This document shows, in pieces, positions 1 to 13,900 of a stretch of DNA of 64,000 bases; the stretch's first letter is position 1, and each line of letters opens with the position of its first letter. The notes beneath the pieces were generated by a model, which worked only from the letters and a program-made list of their open reading frames with translations, was not told where the DNA came from and made no database searches. The stretch is from assembly GCA_002269645.1 (NCBI GenBank), contig NIVC01001187.1:372001-436000 (forward strand), read 5' to 3'. Source of the DNA: Macrostomum lignano (lineage: Eukaryota). Both the position numbers and the translations under genes were made by a program.

Positions 1-964
1 GGGGAATTGCTCAAATCTCTGTGTTCAAATGGGGGAACTGCTCAAATCTCTGTGTTCAAATGGGGGAATTGCTCAAATCTCTGTGTTCAAATGGGGGAAT
101 TGCTCAAATCTCTGTTTAAATGGGGGAATTGCTCAAATCTCTGTTTAAATGGGGGAATTGCTCAAATCTCTGTGTTCAAATGGGGGAATTGCTCAAATCT
201 CTGTGTTCAAATGGGGGAATTGCTCAAATCTCTGTGTTCAAATGGGGGAACTGCTCAAATCTCTGTGTTCAAATGGGGGAATTGCTCAAATCTCTGTGTT
301 CAAATGGGTGAATTGCTCAAATCTCTGTGTTCAAATGGGGGAATTGCTCAAATCTCTGTTCAAATGGAAGAATTGCTCAAATCTCTGTTTAAATGGGGGA
401 ATTGCTCAAATCTCTGTGTTCAAACGAGGGGAATTGCTCAAATCTCCCGTGTTCAAACGAGGGGAATTGCTCAAATCTCCCGTGTTCAAACGAGGGGAAT
501 TGCTCAAATCTCCGTGTTCAAACGAGGGGAATTGCTCAAATCTCCCGTGTTCAAACGAGGGGAATTGCTCAAATCTCCCGTGTTCAAACGAGGGGAATTG
601 CTCAAATCTCCCGTGTTCAAACGAGGGGAATTGCTCAAATCTCCGTGTTCAAACGAGGGGAATTGCTCAAATCTCCCGTGTTCAAACGAGGGGAATTGCT
701 CAAATCTCCCGTGTTCAAACGAGGGGAATTGCTCAAATCTCCGTGTTCAAACGAGGGGAATTGCTCAAATCTCCCGTGTTCAAACGAGGGGAATTGCTCA
801 AATCTCCCGTGTTCAAACGAGGGGAATCGCTCATATCTCCGTGTTCAAACGAGGGGAATTGCTCAAATCTCCGTGTTCAAACGAGGGGAATTGCTCAAAT
901 CTCCCGTGTTCAAACGAGGGGAATCGCTCAAATCTCCCGTGTTCAAACGAGGGGAATTGCTCAG
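1..964. repeat. Minisatellite, 32-33 bp unit GGGGAATTGCTCAAATCTCCCGTGTTCAAACGA
   Basis: ~30 tandem copies, truncated by window start; left and right halves use different variants. Confidence 0.95.
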
Positions 965-1061
965 ATAGTCAAGTGAAGAACAGGTGAGAGAATCGCTGAG
1001 CTAACGAGCCGCTAACACATCCAACTTGCGCAAAGCAATCGTCGTCCCCCCCATCTCCCAG

Positions 1062-1958
1062 GACCGCTTCAACGTGTTCGCCCGGCTCCGCCTCGTCCAC
1101 GCCTACTCCAGCGGCCATTCGCGCCGTCAGCTGCTCCGCGTCCACCTGCTGGCCATTGCCGCCTTCGCCTACCTCAGCCTGGTGAAAACTCTGCCAGCCT
1201 GCGATGTGGAAGGCCTTCTAAGCCTGCCGGACACCTCGGACGATTACATGAACCTGCACGCGGCCGTGCTGAAGACCGTGACCTCGCTCATTCAGATTGG
1301 CCAGACTCAGCTGGTTGAGACCCTCGGCCTGCGCTACCATCACGGCCTGCTGCCCAGCCTGCTTCGCCGTGCCGTCAGCAGCATCGTTAGCAGCGGCGGC
1401 GCCGCCTCAGGCGAGTCACCGCTCACCCCGGCCAGGCTCAAGCAGGCCACCGCTATACTCAGCACGCTGTACCACATCACATCGTCTCATGATAGAATGT
1501 CGCCTTCGCCCAGCCTGCTGGATCCGCTACTGCAGCTGGTGCAGTGGCAGGCCGCTCCGGACAACTGGCTGGGCCTGTGCATCCGGTCTGTCCGGGTGCT
1601 GGACTGCCTGTGCAACTTGGCGGCCAGCCAGGCCCGCCTGCCCGGAGTCCTGTTCTCCGCCCTGCTCGGCCGGCTGCAGGCCGAACTGCAGCTGCAGCAG
1701 CAACAGCCGGCCAACTGCCTGCAGAAGCTGGGCCTATTGAAACGCCTGCTTCATCTGCTCAAACGGCTGGTTACTGAGCCGGACTTTGCCGATTCTGTTC
1801 GACGCACCGTGGACTCCGGACAGCTGCTCCGGCTGGTCCGCTGCCTGCTGGACTGCGCGCCAGCCCTGCGCTTTGCCGGCGCCGACCTGCTCGCCGCCTA
1901 CATTCAGCACGAGCCTTCGTCACTGTCCGCCATGCAGGAGAGCGGCATCACTGATCAG
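1062..1958 (+). CDS. HUWE1: HUWE1 exon (N-terminal ARM region, DUF908/DUF913)
   Basis: tctcccag|GACCGC ... GATCAG|gtgaga. [16 protein letters not shown] and [19 protein letters not shown] resemble HUWE1 (LLFTHIRLAHGFS; FQEPSLLSSLQDNGLTD). The 5' boundary is somewhat uncertain. Confidence 0.85.
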
Positions 1959-4900
1959 GTGAGAACTTCGGCAGATTTTGTTGGGTTGGAAATTTTCATA
2001 ATTTCTGGCTATACCTGTGTGAAAGTCAAATTAGCGAGATTTTTTAATTAATAAAATTCTAATGAGGATCATAAAACTTTATACACCATTCTTACAAAAC
2101 AAATCTTTTCATAGGGAATAGGAAGAGATCTTAGGGTTAATTTCAGAGTAAGACATGTACATTAATCCCAAGAGTGGGACATGTACACTAATCTCAGGGT
2201 GAGACCTGTACACTTATCTCAGGGTGAGACCTGTACACTTATCTCAGGGTGAGGCCTGTACACTTATCTCAGGGTGAGGCCTGTACCATGTACATTAATC
2301 TCAGGGTGAGACCTGTACATTAATCTCAGGCTGAGACCTGTAAGCTAATCTCAGGGTGAGACCTGTACAATTATCTCAGGGTGAGACCTGTACATTAATC
2401 TCAGGCTGAGACCTGTAAGCTAATCTCAGGGTGAGACCTGTACATTAATCTCAGAGTGAGGCCTGTACATTAATCTCTGGGTGAGACCTGTACATTAATC
2501 TCAGGCTGAGACCTGTAAGCTAATCTCAGGGTGAGACCTGTACATTAATCTCAGAGTGAGGCCTGTACATTAATCTCTGGGTGAGACCTGTACATTAGTC
2601 TCAGGGGGAGACCTGTACATTAATCTCAGGGTGAGACCTGTACATTAATCTCAGGGTGAGACGCACATTCGTCTCAGAGTGAGACCTGTACATTAGTCTC
2701 AGAGTGAGGCCTGTACATTAATCTCAGGGTGAGACCTGTACATTCGTCTCAGAGTGAGACGCACATTCGTCTCAGAGTGAGACCTGTACATTAATCTCAG
2801 GGTGAGACCTGTACATTAATCTCAGGCTGAGACCTGTAAGCTAATCTCAGGGTGAGACCTGTACATTAATCTCAGAGTGAGGCCTGTACATTAATCTCAG
2901 GGTGAGACCTGTACATTAATCTCAGAGTGAGGCCTGTACATTAATCTCAGGGTGAGACCTGTACATTAATCTCAGGGTGAGACCTGTACATTAATCTCAG
3001 AGTGAGGCCTGTACATTAATCTCAGGGTGAGACCTGTACATTAATCTCAGGGTGAGACCTGTACATTAATCTCAGAGTGAGACGCACATTCGTCTCAGAG
3101 TGAGACCTGTACATTAGTCTCAGAGTGAGACCTGTACATTAATCTCAGGGTGAGACCTGTACATTAATCTCAGGCTGAGACCTGTAAGCTAATCTCAGGG
3201 TGAGACCTGTACATTAATCTCAGAGTGAGGCCTGTACATTAATCTCAGGGTGAGACCTGTACATTAATCTCAGGCTGAGACCTGTACATTAATCTCAGAG
3301 TGAGGCCTGTACATTAATCTCAGGGTGAGACCTGTACATTAATCTCAGGGTGAGACCTGTACATTAATCTCAGAGTGAGACGCACATTCGTCTCAGAGTG
3401 AGACCTGTACATTAGTCTCAGAGTGAGGCCTGTACATTAATCTCAGGGTGAGACCTGTACATTCGTCTCAGAGTGAGACGCACATTCGTCTCAGAGTGAG
3501 ACCTGTACATTAGTCTCAGAGTGAGACCTGTACACTAATCTCAGGATGAGACCTGTACATTAGTCTCAGAGTGAGACCTGTACATTAATCTCAGGATGAG
3601 ACCTGCTTATTGCTCTTAAATGACAAGTTTCCATGCGCTAGCATGTAGTTTCAGGGTAAGAACTCAGACAGTCGCCTATGTCACCCAATCCAGGTGCTGG
3701 ACTCGCTGAAGGTGCCTCAGCACCGGGACCTGTTGCTGAACCTGCCACCGATCCTGGCCGCCCTGTCGCTGAACCAGCGCGGCGCCGACGCAGTCCTTCG
3801 TCGCGGCGTCCTCCAGCAGCTGGTGTCGATATTCGCCGATCCGGCCTACCTGCCAGCGCTGACCGCCAAGAAGTCCATGCAGCCGGCCGCCATGCTAGGC
3901 AGCCTGGCCTCCGAGGTTGTCCGCAACGACCAGCGCCTGAAGGACGCCGTTGTTGAAGCCGTCAAGGACTCCCTCACCCGCCTGGTCGAAGAGGCCAAGG
4001 CATCCGCTGCCGCCGCCGCCGCCGCCGCCGCCTCTGCAACGGCTTCCGCGGCCAAGTCGACCGCCTCGCAGGACGACGCGTCCGGCGGCGGCTCGTCCGG
4101 TCCGGACGAAGACGTCGTCATGCAGGACGCTTCGTTCGCCTCGTCGGTCTCCACCGGAGGCGCCGGCAGCAGCGGCAACGGCGCCGCTGGTACGTCGAAC
4201 GTTGGCGCCAATGCTACCACCGGCGGCGCCGCCGCTGCGGCCTCCAGCGACCCCGGCGCGGCGTCGAACCGCGCCAGCCGGCTGCTCGTGTTCGCGCAGT
4301 CAATGGTGTACCGCACCGCCATCGAGCGGGCTGACAGTCAGATCGCCGCCGGCTCGGTTGACTCCGCCGCATCCCGCGCTCTGGTCGACGCCGGTGTCCT
4401 GCCGCTGCTGCTGGAGCTGGCCGCCCAGCTTCGCCCCGCTGAGCCCGCCATCGGTCACGTGGCCACCTTCATCCGGCTGCTCGTGATGGCTGACGCCGAT
4501 CCTGAGCAGATGGTGTCCACTCTGCTCAGCCTCATCAACGATCAGCTTCCGTCCGAGTGCAACCCGCGCTCAGCGGCCATCTGCAGCCTGCTGGAGCGGC
4601 TGGTCAGCATCAGGGAGCTGAGATCCTCCAGCCTGGCCAGGTTTGCCGGCGCCCAGCCGCTGCTAAAGAAGCTGCTGTACCAGCTGTACCGCACTGCGGC
4701 CTGGCAGTGCGCGGAGGCTGCGCACCAGGTGCGTGGAACTCCCTTTACCGATTCCCGCATGATCCCATCATCGAGATCTCCCACGGTTTTCCTTGTAGCT
4801 TCTCAAAGCTTATAGTGTTTGCCTCATCTCTTATCCCTAAATCCCGTCGCGCATCTCTAAGCATCCTCCCGTCCCAATGCTGCTGATCCCCTTCCCCCAT

Positions 4901-7900
4901 CCCAATGCCGCTGATCCCCATCCCAGATCCCAATTCTGCTGATCCCCTTATCTGATCCCAATGCCGCTGATCCCCATCCCAGTTCCCAATTCTGCTGATC
5001 CCCTTCTCTGATCCCAATGCCGCTGATCCCCATCCCAGATCCCAATGCCGCTGATCCCCATCCCAGATCCCAATGCCGCTGATCCCCATCCCAGATCCCA
5101 ATGCCGCTGATCCCCATCCCAGATCCCAATGCCTCTGATCCCCATCCCAGATCCCAATGCGGCTAATCTCCATCCCTGATCCCAATGCGGCTGATCCCCA
5201 TCCCTGATCCCAATGCCGCTGATCCCCTTCCCAGATCCCAATGCCGCTGATCCCCATTCCCGATCCCAATGCCGCTGATCCCCATCCCAGATCCCAATGC
5301 CTCTGATCCCCATCCCAGATCCCAATGCCGCTGATCCCCGTCCCAGAACCCGATGCCGCTGATCCCCGTCGCAGATCCCGATGCCGCTGATCCCCAATCC
5401 CAGATCCCAAAATCCCATCGCCTATCTTAAGATCTCCCTAATGATCCAAATCGATATTTTAATCCCTAAATACCACACAATACACATCCCATTTTTAAAA
5501 AAATCCTCACTATCCCCTGGATTGGATATTTGCATCTTGATAACTCATACCCGTCCACAAATTCATCTCAATGTCCAACCTACCCAATTCCCCGCAACCC
5601 CGCCAGATGGACGTAGACACGTGCGACACCCTGTCCCAGCTGGGACTGGACGGAGTCTGCGAGCCGGCCTGCAAGAAGCCGAAGCAGGCCGCACTGCTCG
5701 ACCCAGAGCAGCTGGCCTGTCGGCAGGCTGTGAGCGCCAGCGTTCGATCAATCTTTGCCGCCCTGTTCAAGCTGTGCACGGCCGGGTCCAGGTCGCTCTA
5801 CACCGGTTCCCAGATGTCGCTGGACAACTGCAAGACTATCGTGCACACCTTTCAGGATCTGTTTGCCATGGAGGGCGCCGAGGGCAAGGACCCGAAGGTG
5901 AGGCTTTCTGTGAGAAAACTGGGACATTCAAAATGTAGCTATAGCCATTGGGTCATTCGAGCTAGTCGTGACGTCATTCATTGTAGCCATTGGGTCATTC
6001 GAGCTAGTCGTGACGTCATTAATTGTAGTCATTGGGTCATTCGAGCTAGTCGTGACGTCATTCACTGTAGCCATCAGGTCATTCGAGCTAGTCGTGACGT
6101 CATTCACTGTAGCCATCAGGTCATTCGAGCTAGTCGTGACGTCATTCACTGTAGCCATCAGGTCATTCGAGCTAGTCGTGACGTCATTCACTGTAGTCAT
6201 CGGGTCATTCGAGCTAGTCGTGACGTCATTCACTGTAGTCATCAGGTCATTCGAGCTAGTCGTGACGTCATTAATTGTAGTCATTGGGTCATTCGAGCTA
6301 GTCGTGACGTCATTCACAGTAGTCATCAGGTCATTCGAGCTAGTCGTGACGTCATTCACTGTAGCCATCAGGTCATTCGAGCTAGTCGTGACGTCATTCA
6401 CTGTAGCCATCAGGTCATTCGAGCTAGTCGTGACGTCATTCACTGTAGCCATCAGGTCATTCGAGCTAGTCGTGACGTCATTAATTGTAGTCATTGGGTC
6501 ATTCGAGCTAGTCGTGACGTCATTCACTGTAGCCATCAGGTCATTCGAGCTAGTCGTGACGTCATTCACTGTAGCCATCAGGTCATTCGAGCTAGTCGTG
6601 ACGTCATTCACTGTAGTCATCGGGTCATTCGAGCTAGTCGTGACGTCATTCACTGTAGTCATCAGGTCATTCGAGCTAGTCGTGACGTCATTCACTGTAG
6701 TCACCAGGTCATAGAAGCTAGTCATGACGTTATTAATTTAAGTCGTAGTCATTCCCTGCTGTCATAGGGTCATTGCCTTTTGTCATGCGGTCATTCCCTG
6801 TTCTCACAGTGTCACTCCCTGTAATTCGTTAATACTGGCATTGTCATTCACTGAAGTCATGCAGTCGCATTGAATCTCTCTGCCTTCCACCCTCCCGTAG
6901 GTGACCTGCCGGACTGCCAACGCCTTCCTGCAGCTGTTCTGCGGCCTCCAGCCGGACCGCCTGCCGCCTGACATCGCCAACTTCCTGGTATTCGAAGGCA
7001 TCTCTACCGTGGGCGCCTTCATGTCGCTGCTGCCCCGGGCGATCAATCAGGGCTTCGCCGACGAGGCTCTCGTGGAGTCCTGGCTGGCCTGGACGCAGCG
7101 CTTCGCCGCCAACTACAAAACTGACGACGGCAGCCGGCTGGAGGATCGCCTGCTGCCCGCCTTGATGCCGCTGTGGAACCGCCTGCCAGCCAAGGAGCTG
7201 CTGTCCGAGACCGGGGCCTGCAACCTGCTGTCCATTATGCGCCAGCTGCTGGCCTGGTGGTCCGCCGAGCCGGACATGGTTGAGCCGCCTATGCTGCTAG
7301 CGGATGGTAAGCAGCAGTCTGGCGGCGCCAGCGGCTCCGGTGCCGGCACCTCGGCTGGGGCCGGCGCCACCGGCAACAGCGACAACCAGAGCGTCCGCCG
7401 GCTCATGGAGATGGGCTTCTCCCGCCGGCTCTGTGTTGAAGTGCTTCGGGTGGCCACGAACTTTGAGGAGGCCGTTGACACCCTGGTCCGTCGCCAGGGT
7501 GAGGAGCAGCTGCTCGGCGCCGATCTGCTTTCGCCGGACGACGACGCCAGCGAGGCCGCCGACGACGACGGCGAGGCTGGCGATGGAGGCGCCGCCGGTG
7601 GCGCCGGGTTGAGTGCCGCGCAGCAGCGCCGGGCGGATTTGAAAGCTGAGTTTCTGCAGCGCCAGCTGGGGCCCGGCTGCCTGAAAGTGTTTCGGCATTT
7701 CAAATCCGCGCCAATCCCGCATCACGTGGCCGGAGCTCTGGCCGCCACAGGGGACTCCCAGCTCATCGATCTGGCATTTGAGGTGACTGCTCTGTAATTG
7801 GTTCATACCCATTCTACACACTGATCCCATACCCATCCCACACTGATCCCATACCCATCCCACACACTGATCCCATACATCCCACACTGACCCCATACCC

Positions 7901-10900
7901 ATCCCACACACTGACCTCATACCCATCCCACACACTGACCCCATACCCATCCCACACACTGATCCCATACCCACCCCACACACTGATCCCATACCCACCC
8001 CACACACTGATCCCATACCCATCCCATACACTGATACAATACCCACCCCACACACTGATCCCATACTCATCCCACACACTGACCCCATACCCATCCCACA
8101 CACTGATCCCATACCCACCCCACACACTGATCCCATACCCACCCCACACACTGATCCCATACCCATCCCATACACTGATACAATACCCACCCCACACACT
8201 GATCCCATACTCATCCCACACACTGACCCCATACCCATCTCACACAAATCCCATACCTATCCCACATACTGATCCCATACCCATCCCACACACTGATCCC
8301 ATACCCATCTCACACAAATCCCATACCTATCCCACACACTGATCCCATACCCATCCCACACACTGATCCCATACCCATCCCACACACTGATCCCATACCA
8401 ATCTCACACAAATCCCATACCCATCCCACACACTGATCCCATACCCATCCCACACACTGATCCCATACCCATCTCACACAAATCCCATACCCATCCCACA
8501 CACTGATCCCATACCCATCCCACACACTGATCCCATACCCATCCCACACACTGATCCCATACCCATCCCACACACTGACCCCATACCCATCTCACTGACC
8601 CCAAGTTCCACAACAGCAACTCCGAGCGCCAGTTTCCAAGCTAAATATGCTTTTATTAATCCCCACCCCAGGCCGCCTTCTCGGACTTCCCGGCCAGCTG
8701 CCGGGACCAGCCCCGCCTGCTGCAGCTGGTGCTGCTGCTCTGCCACCGCTGCAAGCTCTCCTGCGCACAGCAGGCCGTCAAGCACCGCCTGCTGCCGCTC
8801 TGCTACCAGGCCCTGATGCGCCAGTCGTCCTCCGCCGAGTCTGCGGCCGCCTTCGACAGTCTCTGCCTGCTGGTTGACGCGCACGAGCGCCTCGCCGCCG
8901 CTGGCCAACTTCGCCGGCGCGTCCTCGAGCGAACCGCCCGTCTGTCCTCCTGGGCCGCGCTGGACGAGCGCATCGGAGTCTGGGAGCCGCTGGCCGCCGA
9001 GCCCAACGCCTCGCTAGACCGAGCCTGGCGGGACGGCCGGTACATGTGCCGATTTCCTCAGCTGGTTGGCCGCCGGGTTGCCATGCTGACTCTGCCGGCT
9101 CAGTTCACTGAGAACTCTGGCAGGCCGCTGATGCTGAGCCTCACGGAGTCTTCGGCTGACAATTCTGCCGCCGCTGCCGCCGATGCTCAGCCGCTGCTTG
9201 AGCCGATGTCGCCTGCCGAACGGGATAGCCTTGCCAGGTTCGACTGGAAACTCTTTTTCCCTATTAAATCTCCCAATCTAAATCCAGAAATTCCTCCCCA
9301 GATACAGAAAATCCTTAATCTTAATATCAGAATCCCCTTCCGCAAACCTGAGAAATCCTCAATCCGAAACGGAATTCCCTTCCCCAAACCTGAGAAATCC
9401 TCGATCCGAAACGGAATTCCCTTCCGCAAACCTGAAAAACATTAATCCCAACAAAAATCCCCATGTCAATTTGCCCGTTTCCAGACAGCTGCTCTCCACC
9501 ATTCGGCCTGGCGCCGGCGCCTCTCGCCTTGAAGCCGCTCTCCAGCTTCTCATCCGCCTCATCTGCTCCGATCCCGGCCTGGCAGCCGAGCTGTGCTGCT
9601 CAGCCGGCCTGGCCGATCGCCTGCTGGCTCTGGCCGGCCAGGGAGCCGGGGTGCAGCACCTGTGCTGCCTGGCGCTGCACGCCGTCTTCCAGGACGCCGA
9701 TGCCGTCGCCTATGCCGCTTCGAACCTCGTTCGGCGCCATCTGCACTACGGCGCGCCAAGCTCGCGCCTGCTAGGCGTGTCCGGCCGGTCGCAAGGCGCC
9801 AAAAATTTGCACTACCTGCTAGCCGTGCTGACCCCGGCTCTGTTCAGGGCCTACGAGCCCACCTGCGATGCCGTGCGCCAGCTGGCCTCGCTTGCCATCG
9901 ACAGTGCCGCTCTGCGGGAGGGGGGCACCCAGCGACTGATGTACCAGGTGTGTGCAGACGCATACGAAATATTCTTTTTGCCACAATCAGAGAGTATCTT
10001 CGTAAAACCTCTTATACTCACTCTATCTTCTGTGAGAATCTTCCTTAAGGTCCATCGTAAATTGCTTATACCCTGAGAGCCACCCTAGTACCCTAAAAAC
10101 CTCTCCTCTCCAGTACCTTAAGAGCCGCCCGAATACCCTGAGATCCGCCCCAATACCCTGTGAACCACCAGAATACCCTCTGATCTTGATCTTGATCGTG
10201 AACCTTGACCTCAAATACCCTGAGAACCTTAAATACCCTGAGAACCTTGACCTCAAATACCCTGAGAACCTTGACCTCAAATACCCTGAGAACCTTGACC
10301 TCAAATACCCTGAGAACCTTGATCTCAACTACCCTGAGAACCTTCACCTCAACTACCCTAAAAACCTTGATCCCAAATACCCTGAGGACTTTGACCTCAA
10401 ATACACTGAGAACCTTGATCTCAAATACCCTGAGAACCTTAAATACCCTGAGAACCTTAAATACCCTGAGAACCTTGATCTCAACTACCCTGAGAACCTT
10501 GATCTCAACTACCCTGAGAACCTTGACCTCAAATACCCTGAGAACCTTGACCTCAAATACCCTGAGAACCTTGACCTCAAATACCCTGAGAACCTTGATC
10601 TCAACTACCCTGAGAACCTTCACCTCAACTACCCTAAAAACCTTGATCCCAAATACCCTGAGGACTTTGACCTCAAATACACTGAGAACCTTGATCTCAA
10701 ATACCCTGAGAACCTTAAATACCCTGAGAACCTTAAATACCCTGAGAACCTTGATCTCAACTACCCTGAGAACCTTGATCTCAACTACCCTGAGAACCTT
10801 GATCTCAACTACCCTGAGAACCTTGGTCTCAAATACCCTGAGAACCTTGGTCTCAACTACCCTGAGAACCTTGGTCTCAACTACCCTGAGAACCTTGGTC

Positions 10901-13900
10901 TCAACTACCCTGAGAACCTTGGTCTCAAACACCCTGAGAACCTTGGTCTCAAATACCCTGAGAACCTTGATCTCAACTACCCTGAGAACCTTGATTCCAT
11001 ATAACCTGAGAACCTTGACCTCAAATACACTGAGAACCTTGATCTCAAATACCCTGAGAACCTTAAATACCCTGAGAACCTTAAGTACCCTGAGAACCTT
11101 GATCTCAACTACCCTGAGAACCTTGATCTCAACTACCCTGAGAACCTTGATCTCAACTACCCTGAGAACCTTGATCTCAACTACCCTGAGAACCTTGGTC
11201 TCAAATACCCTGAGAACCTTGGTCTCAACTACCCTGAGAACCTTGGTCTCAACTACCCTGAGAACCTTGGTCTCAACTACCTTGAGAACCTTGGTCTCAA
11301 ACACCCTGAGAACCTTGGTCTCAAATACCCTGAGAACCTTGGTCTCAAATACCCTGAGAACCTTGGTCTCAACTACCCTGAGAACCTTGGTCTCAACTAC
11401 CCTGAGAACCTTAAATACCCTGAGAACCTTGGTCTCAAATACCCTGAGAACCTTGGTCTCAAATACCCTGAGAACCTTGATCTCAAATACCCTGAGAACC
11501 TTGATCCCAAATACCCTGAGAACCTTGATCCCAAATACCCTGAGAACCTTGATCTCAACTACCCTGAGAACCTTGATCTCAACTACGTTGAGAACCTTGA
11601 TCTCAAATACCCTGAGAACCTTGATCTCAAATACCCTGAGAACCTTGGTCTCAACTACCCTGAGAACCTTGGTCTCAACTACCCTGAGAACATTGGTCTC
11701 AACTACCTTGAGAACCTTGGTCTCAACTACCCTGAGAACATTGGTCTCAACTACCTTGAGAACCTTGGTCTCAAACACCCTGAGAACCTTGGTCTCAAAT
11801 ACCCTGAGAACCTTGGTCTCAACTACCCTGAGAACCTTGGTCTCAACTACCCTGAGAACCTTAAATACCCTGAGAACCTTGGTCTCAAATACCCTGAGAA
11901 CCTTGGTCTCAACTACCCTGAGAACCTTGATCTCAACTACCCTGAGAACCTTGATCCCAAATACCCTGAGAACCTTGATCCCAAATACCCTGAGAACCTT
12001 GATCCCAAATACCCTGAGAACCTTGATCTCAACTACCCTGAGAACCTTGATCTCAACTACCCCGAGAACCTCCCTAATGAAGTCCCACAATCGCCCAGCC
12101 AAGAACTCGCCGCCGCAGTGTTCCAACCCTCCCGCCAACCGCAGACGCAGGAGCGAAGTTCCGCGCCCAAGGAGCAAAGCCCTCCGCCCCTGCGCGACTG
12201 GCAGACCAGCCTGCTGTCAATGCTACTCGATGCCGTGCTTCTCGACCAGCCCGCGGCGAGCCTGGCCGCCGCCTTCCAGCAGTCGCCCCCTAGCAACCGC
12301 TCCGACACTAGCAGCGACGAATCCGCGCCGGACGCTGCCGCTGGTGGCGACGCGGCCTCCGATGCAAAACAGCAGACCACCTGTCGGAAGTTTGCTCTCG
12401 CCCTGCTAATTGATTTGGCCAGGTAAACTTTGCACCCTGTGTGAGCGTGTGCAGGAGTCTGTGCCTGTGTACTGTGTACTGCATCACTGCCGAATCCCCG
12501 CTCCCCAACTGGCAGGTGCTACTCGGTGGTCGCCAGCCACCTGCTCCGCCAGCCATGTCTGTCTCGCATTATTGACCGATTCGCCGTGCAGAACCGCTGC
12601 GACTCTGTTGAGCACGGGCTCAGCTTCTGCCTGTTAACTGAGGCCATCAACGCCTGCCCGAACGATGCCGACATTATCAACGGCCTGGTGACCGAAATTC
12701 GATCCGCTCTTCATCGAGCCGTCCATCTGGCCGACCCGGACGCCAGGTGCACGGCCCTGTTCAGCCTGGTGAATCTGGTGCAGCTGATGGCCACGCCGAT
12801 CGCCCGGACAGCCCAGCGCCGCGGCCTCCTGGCCGATCTGGTCCGCCTGCCTCTGGCCATCGACAGCGGCGTCAAGGCCGGCCGGGAGCTGCTCTGCCAC
12901 CTGCTGACCGCCCTGCACCTGCTGTGCGACCTGTGCCAGGAGGATCCGCGCCGCAAGGACACCGGCTATCACGCCTTCGACGGCTATCACGAGCTGCTGC
13001 TTGGCGACCCGGCACTGGCCAATCACCTGCTGCTGCGCTACTCAGACGGCCACTCCGATGTCTCCAGCAGCCTGTTCGGCCTGCTAGGCGAGCGCCGGCC
13101 CTACGGCCAGGCCCGGGCGGGTAACTTCATTGCCGAGCACCACCTTGGCGGCGCCGCCTTGTCCCACTCCGACAACCGGCACATGGTTGCCCTTGGCAAC
13201 GACGACGACGAAGAGGAAGTGGAAGAAGACGATGAGGAAGAGGAGGAAGCTGTGAACGCCCAGCCGCAGGAGGCTGAGCAGCAGCAGCAGGACGATCGTC
13301 CGGACACTCCAGCCGTGAACCCTCTTTCAGCTGCCGAGCCGCAGCCTGCAGCTGAAGCTCCAGCTTCGTCGTCTCAGTTTTCGGCGCGCCCGCCGACTCT
13401 GGAGCCGCCGCCGGTAGCCGCGGCTACCAACGCCGCCGCCCACGAGGCCACCGCCAATTTCGACAACGCTCTGCAATCGATCGCTGATCGTTTGAACGTC
13501 CTGGAGGCCGCCGCTACCGCCAGCGACGATGCGCTTGCCGCGGAGAACAACGACGGAGGTGAAGACCAAGGCGAGCCGGCCAATGCCGTCATCGGCGCTG
13601 CTGCAGCTGGCGGCGACGCGCAAGCCGAGGACGATGACAATCTGATGATCGAAGACGATGAAGATGACGAGGATGAGGAGGAAGACGAAGAGGAGGAGCA
13701 CGATGAAGACGAGGAGGAAGACGAGGAGGAGGAAGAGGAGATGATGGACGCTGACGGCGGGGCGGAGCTGTCTGTGCCGGAGAGCGAGGACGACACGGAC
13801 GAGGACGAGCGGCTGGGTGACCTGGTGCGGGTGCAGCTCGGCGAGCTGGGCGAAGACGACGACTTGAGCAACGATTTAGAAGCCGTGTTCCAGCTGGCCG

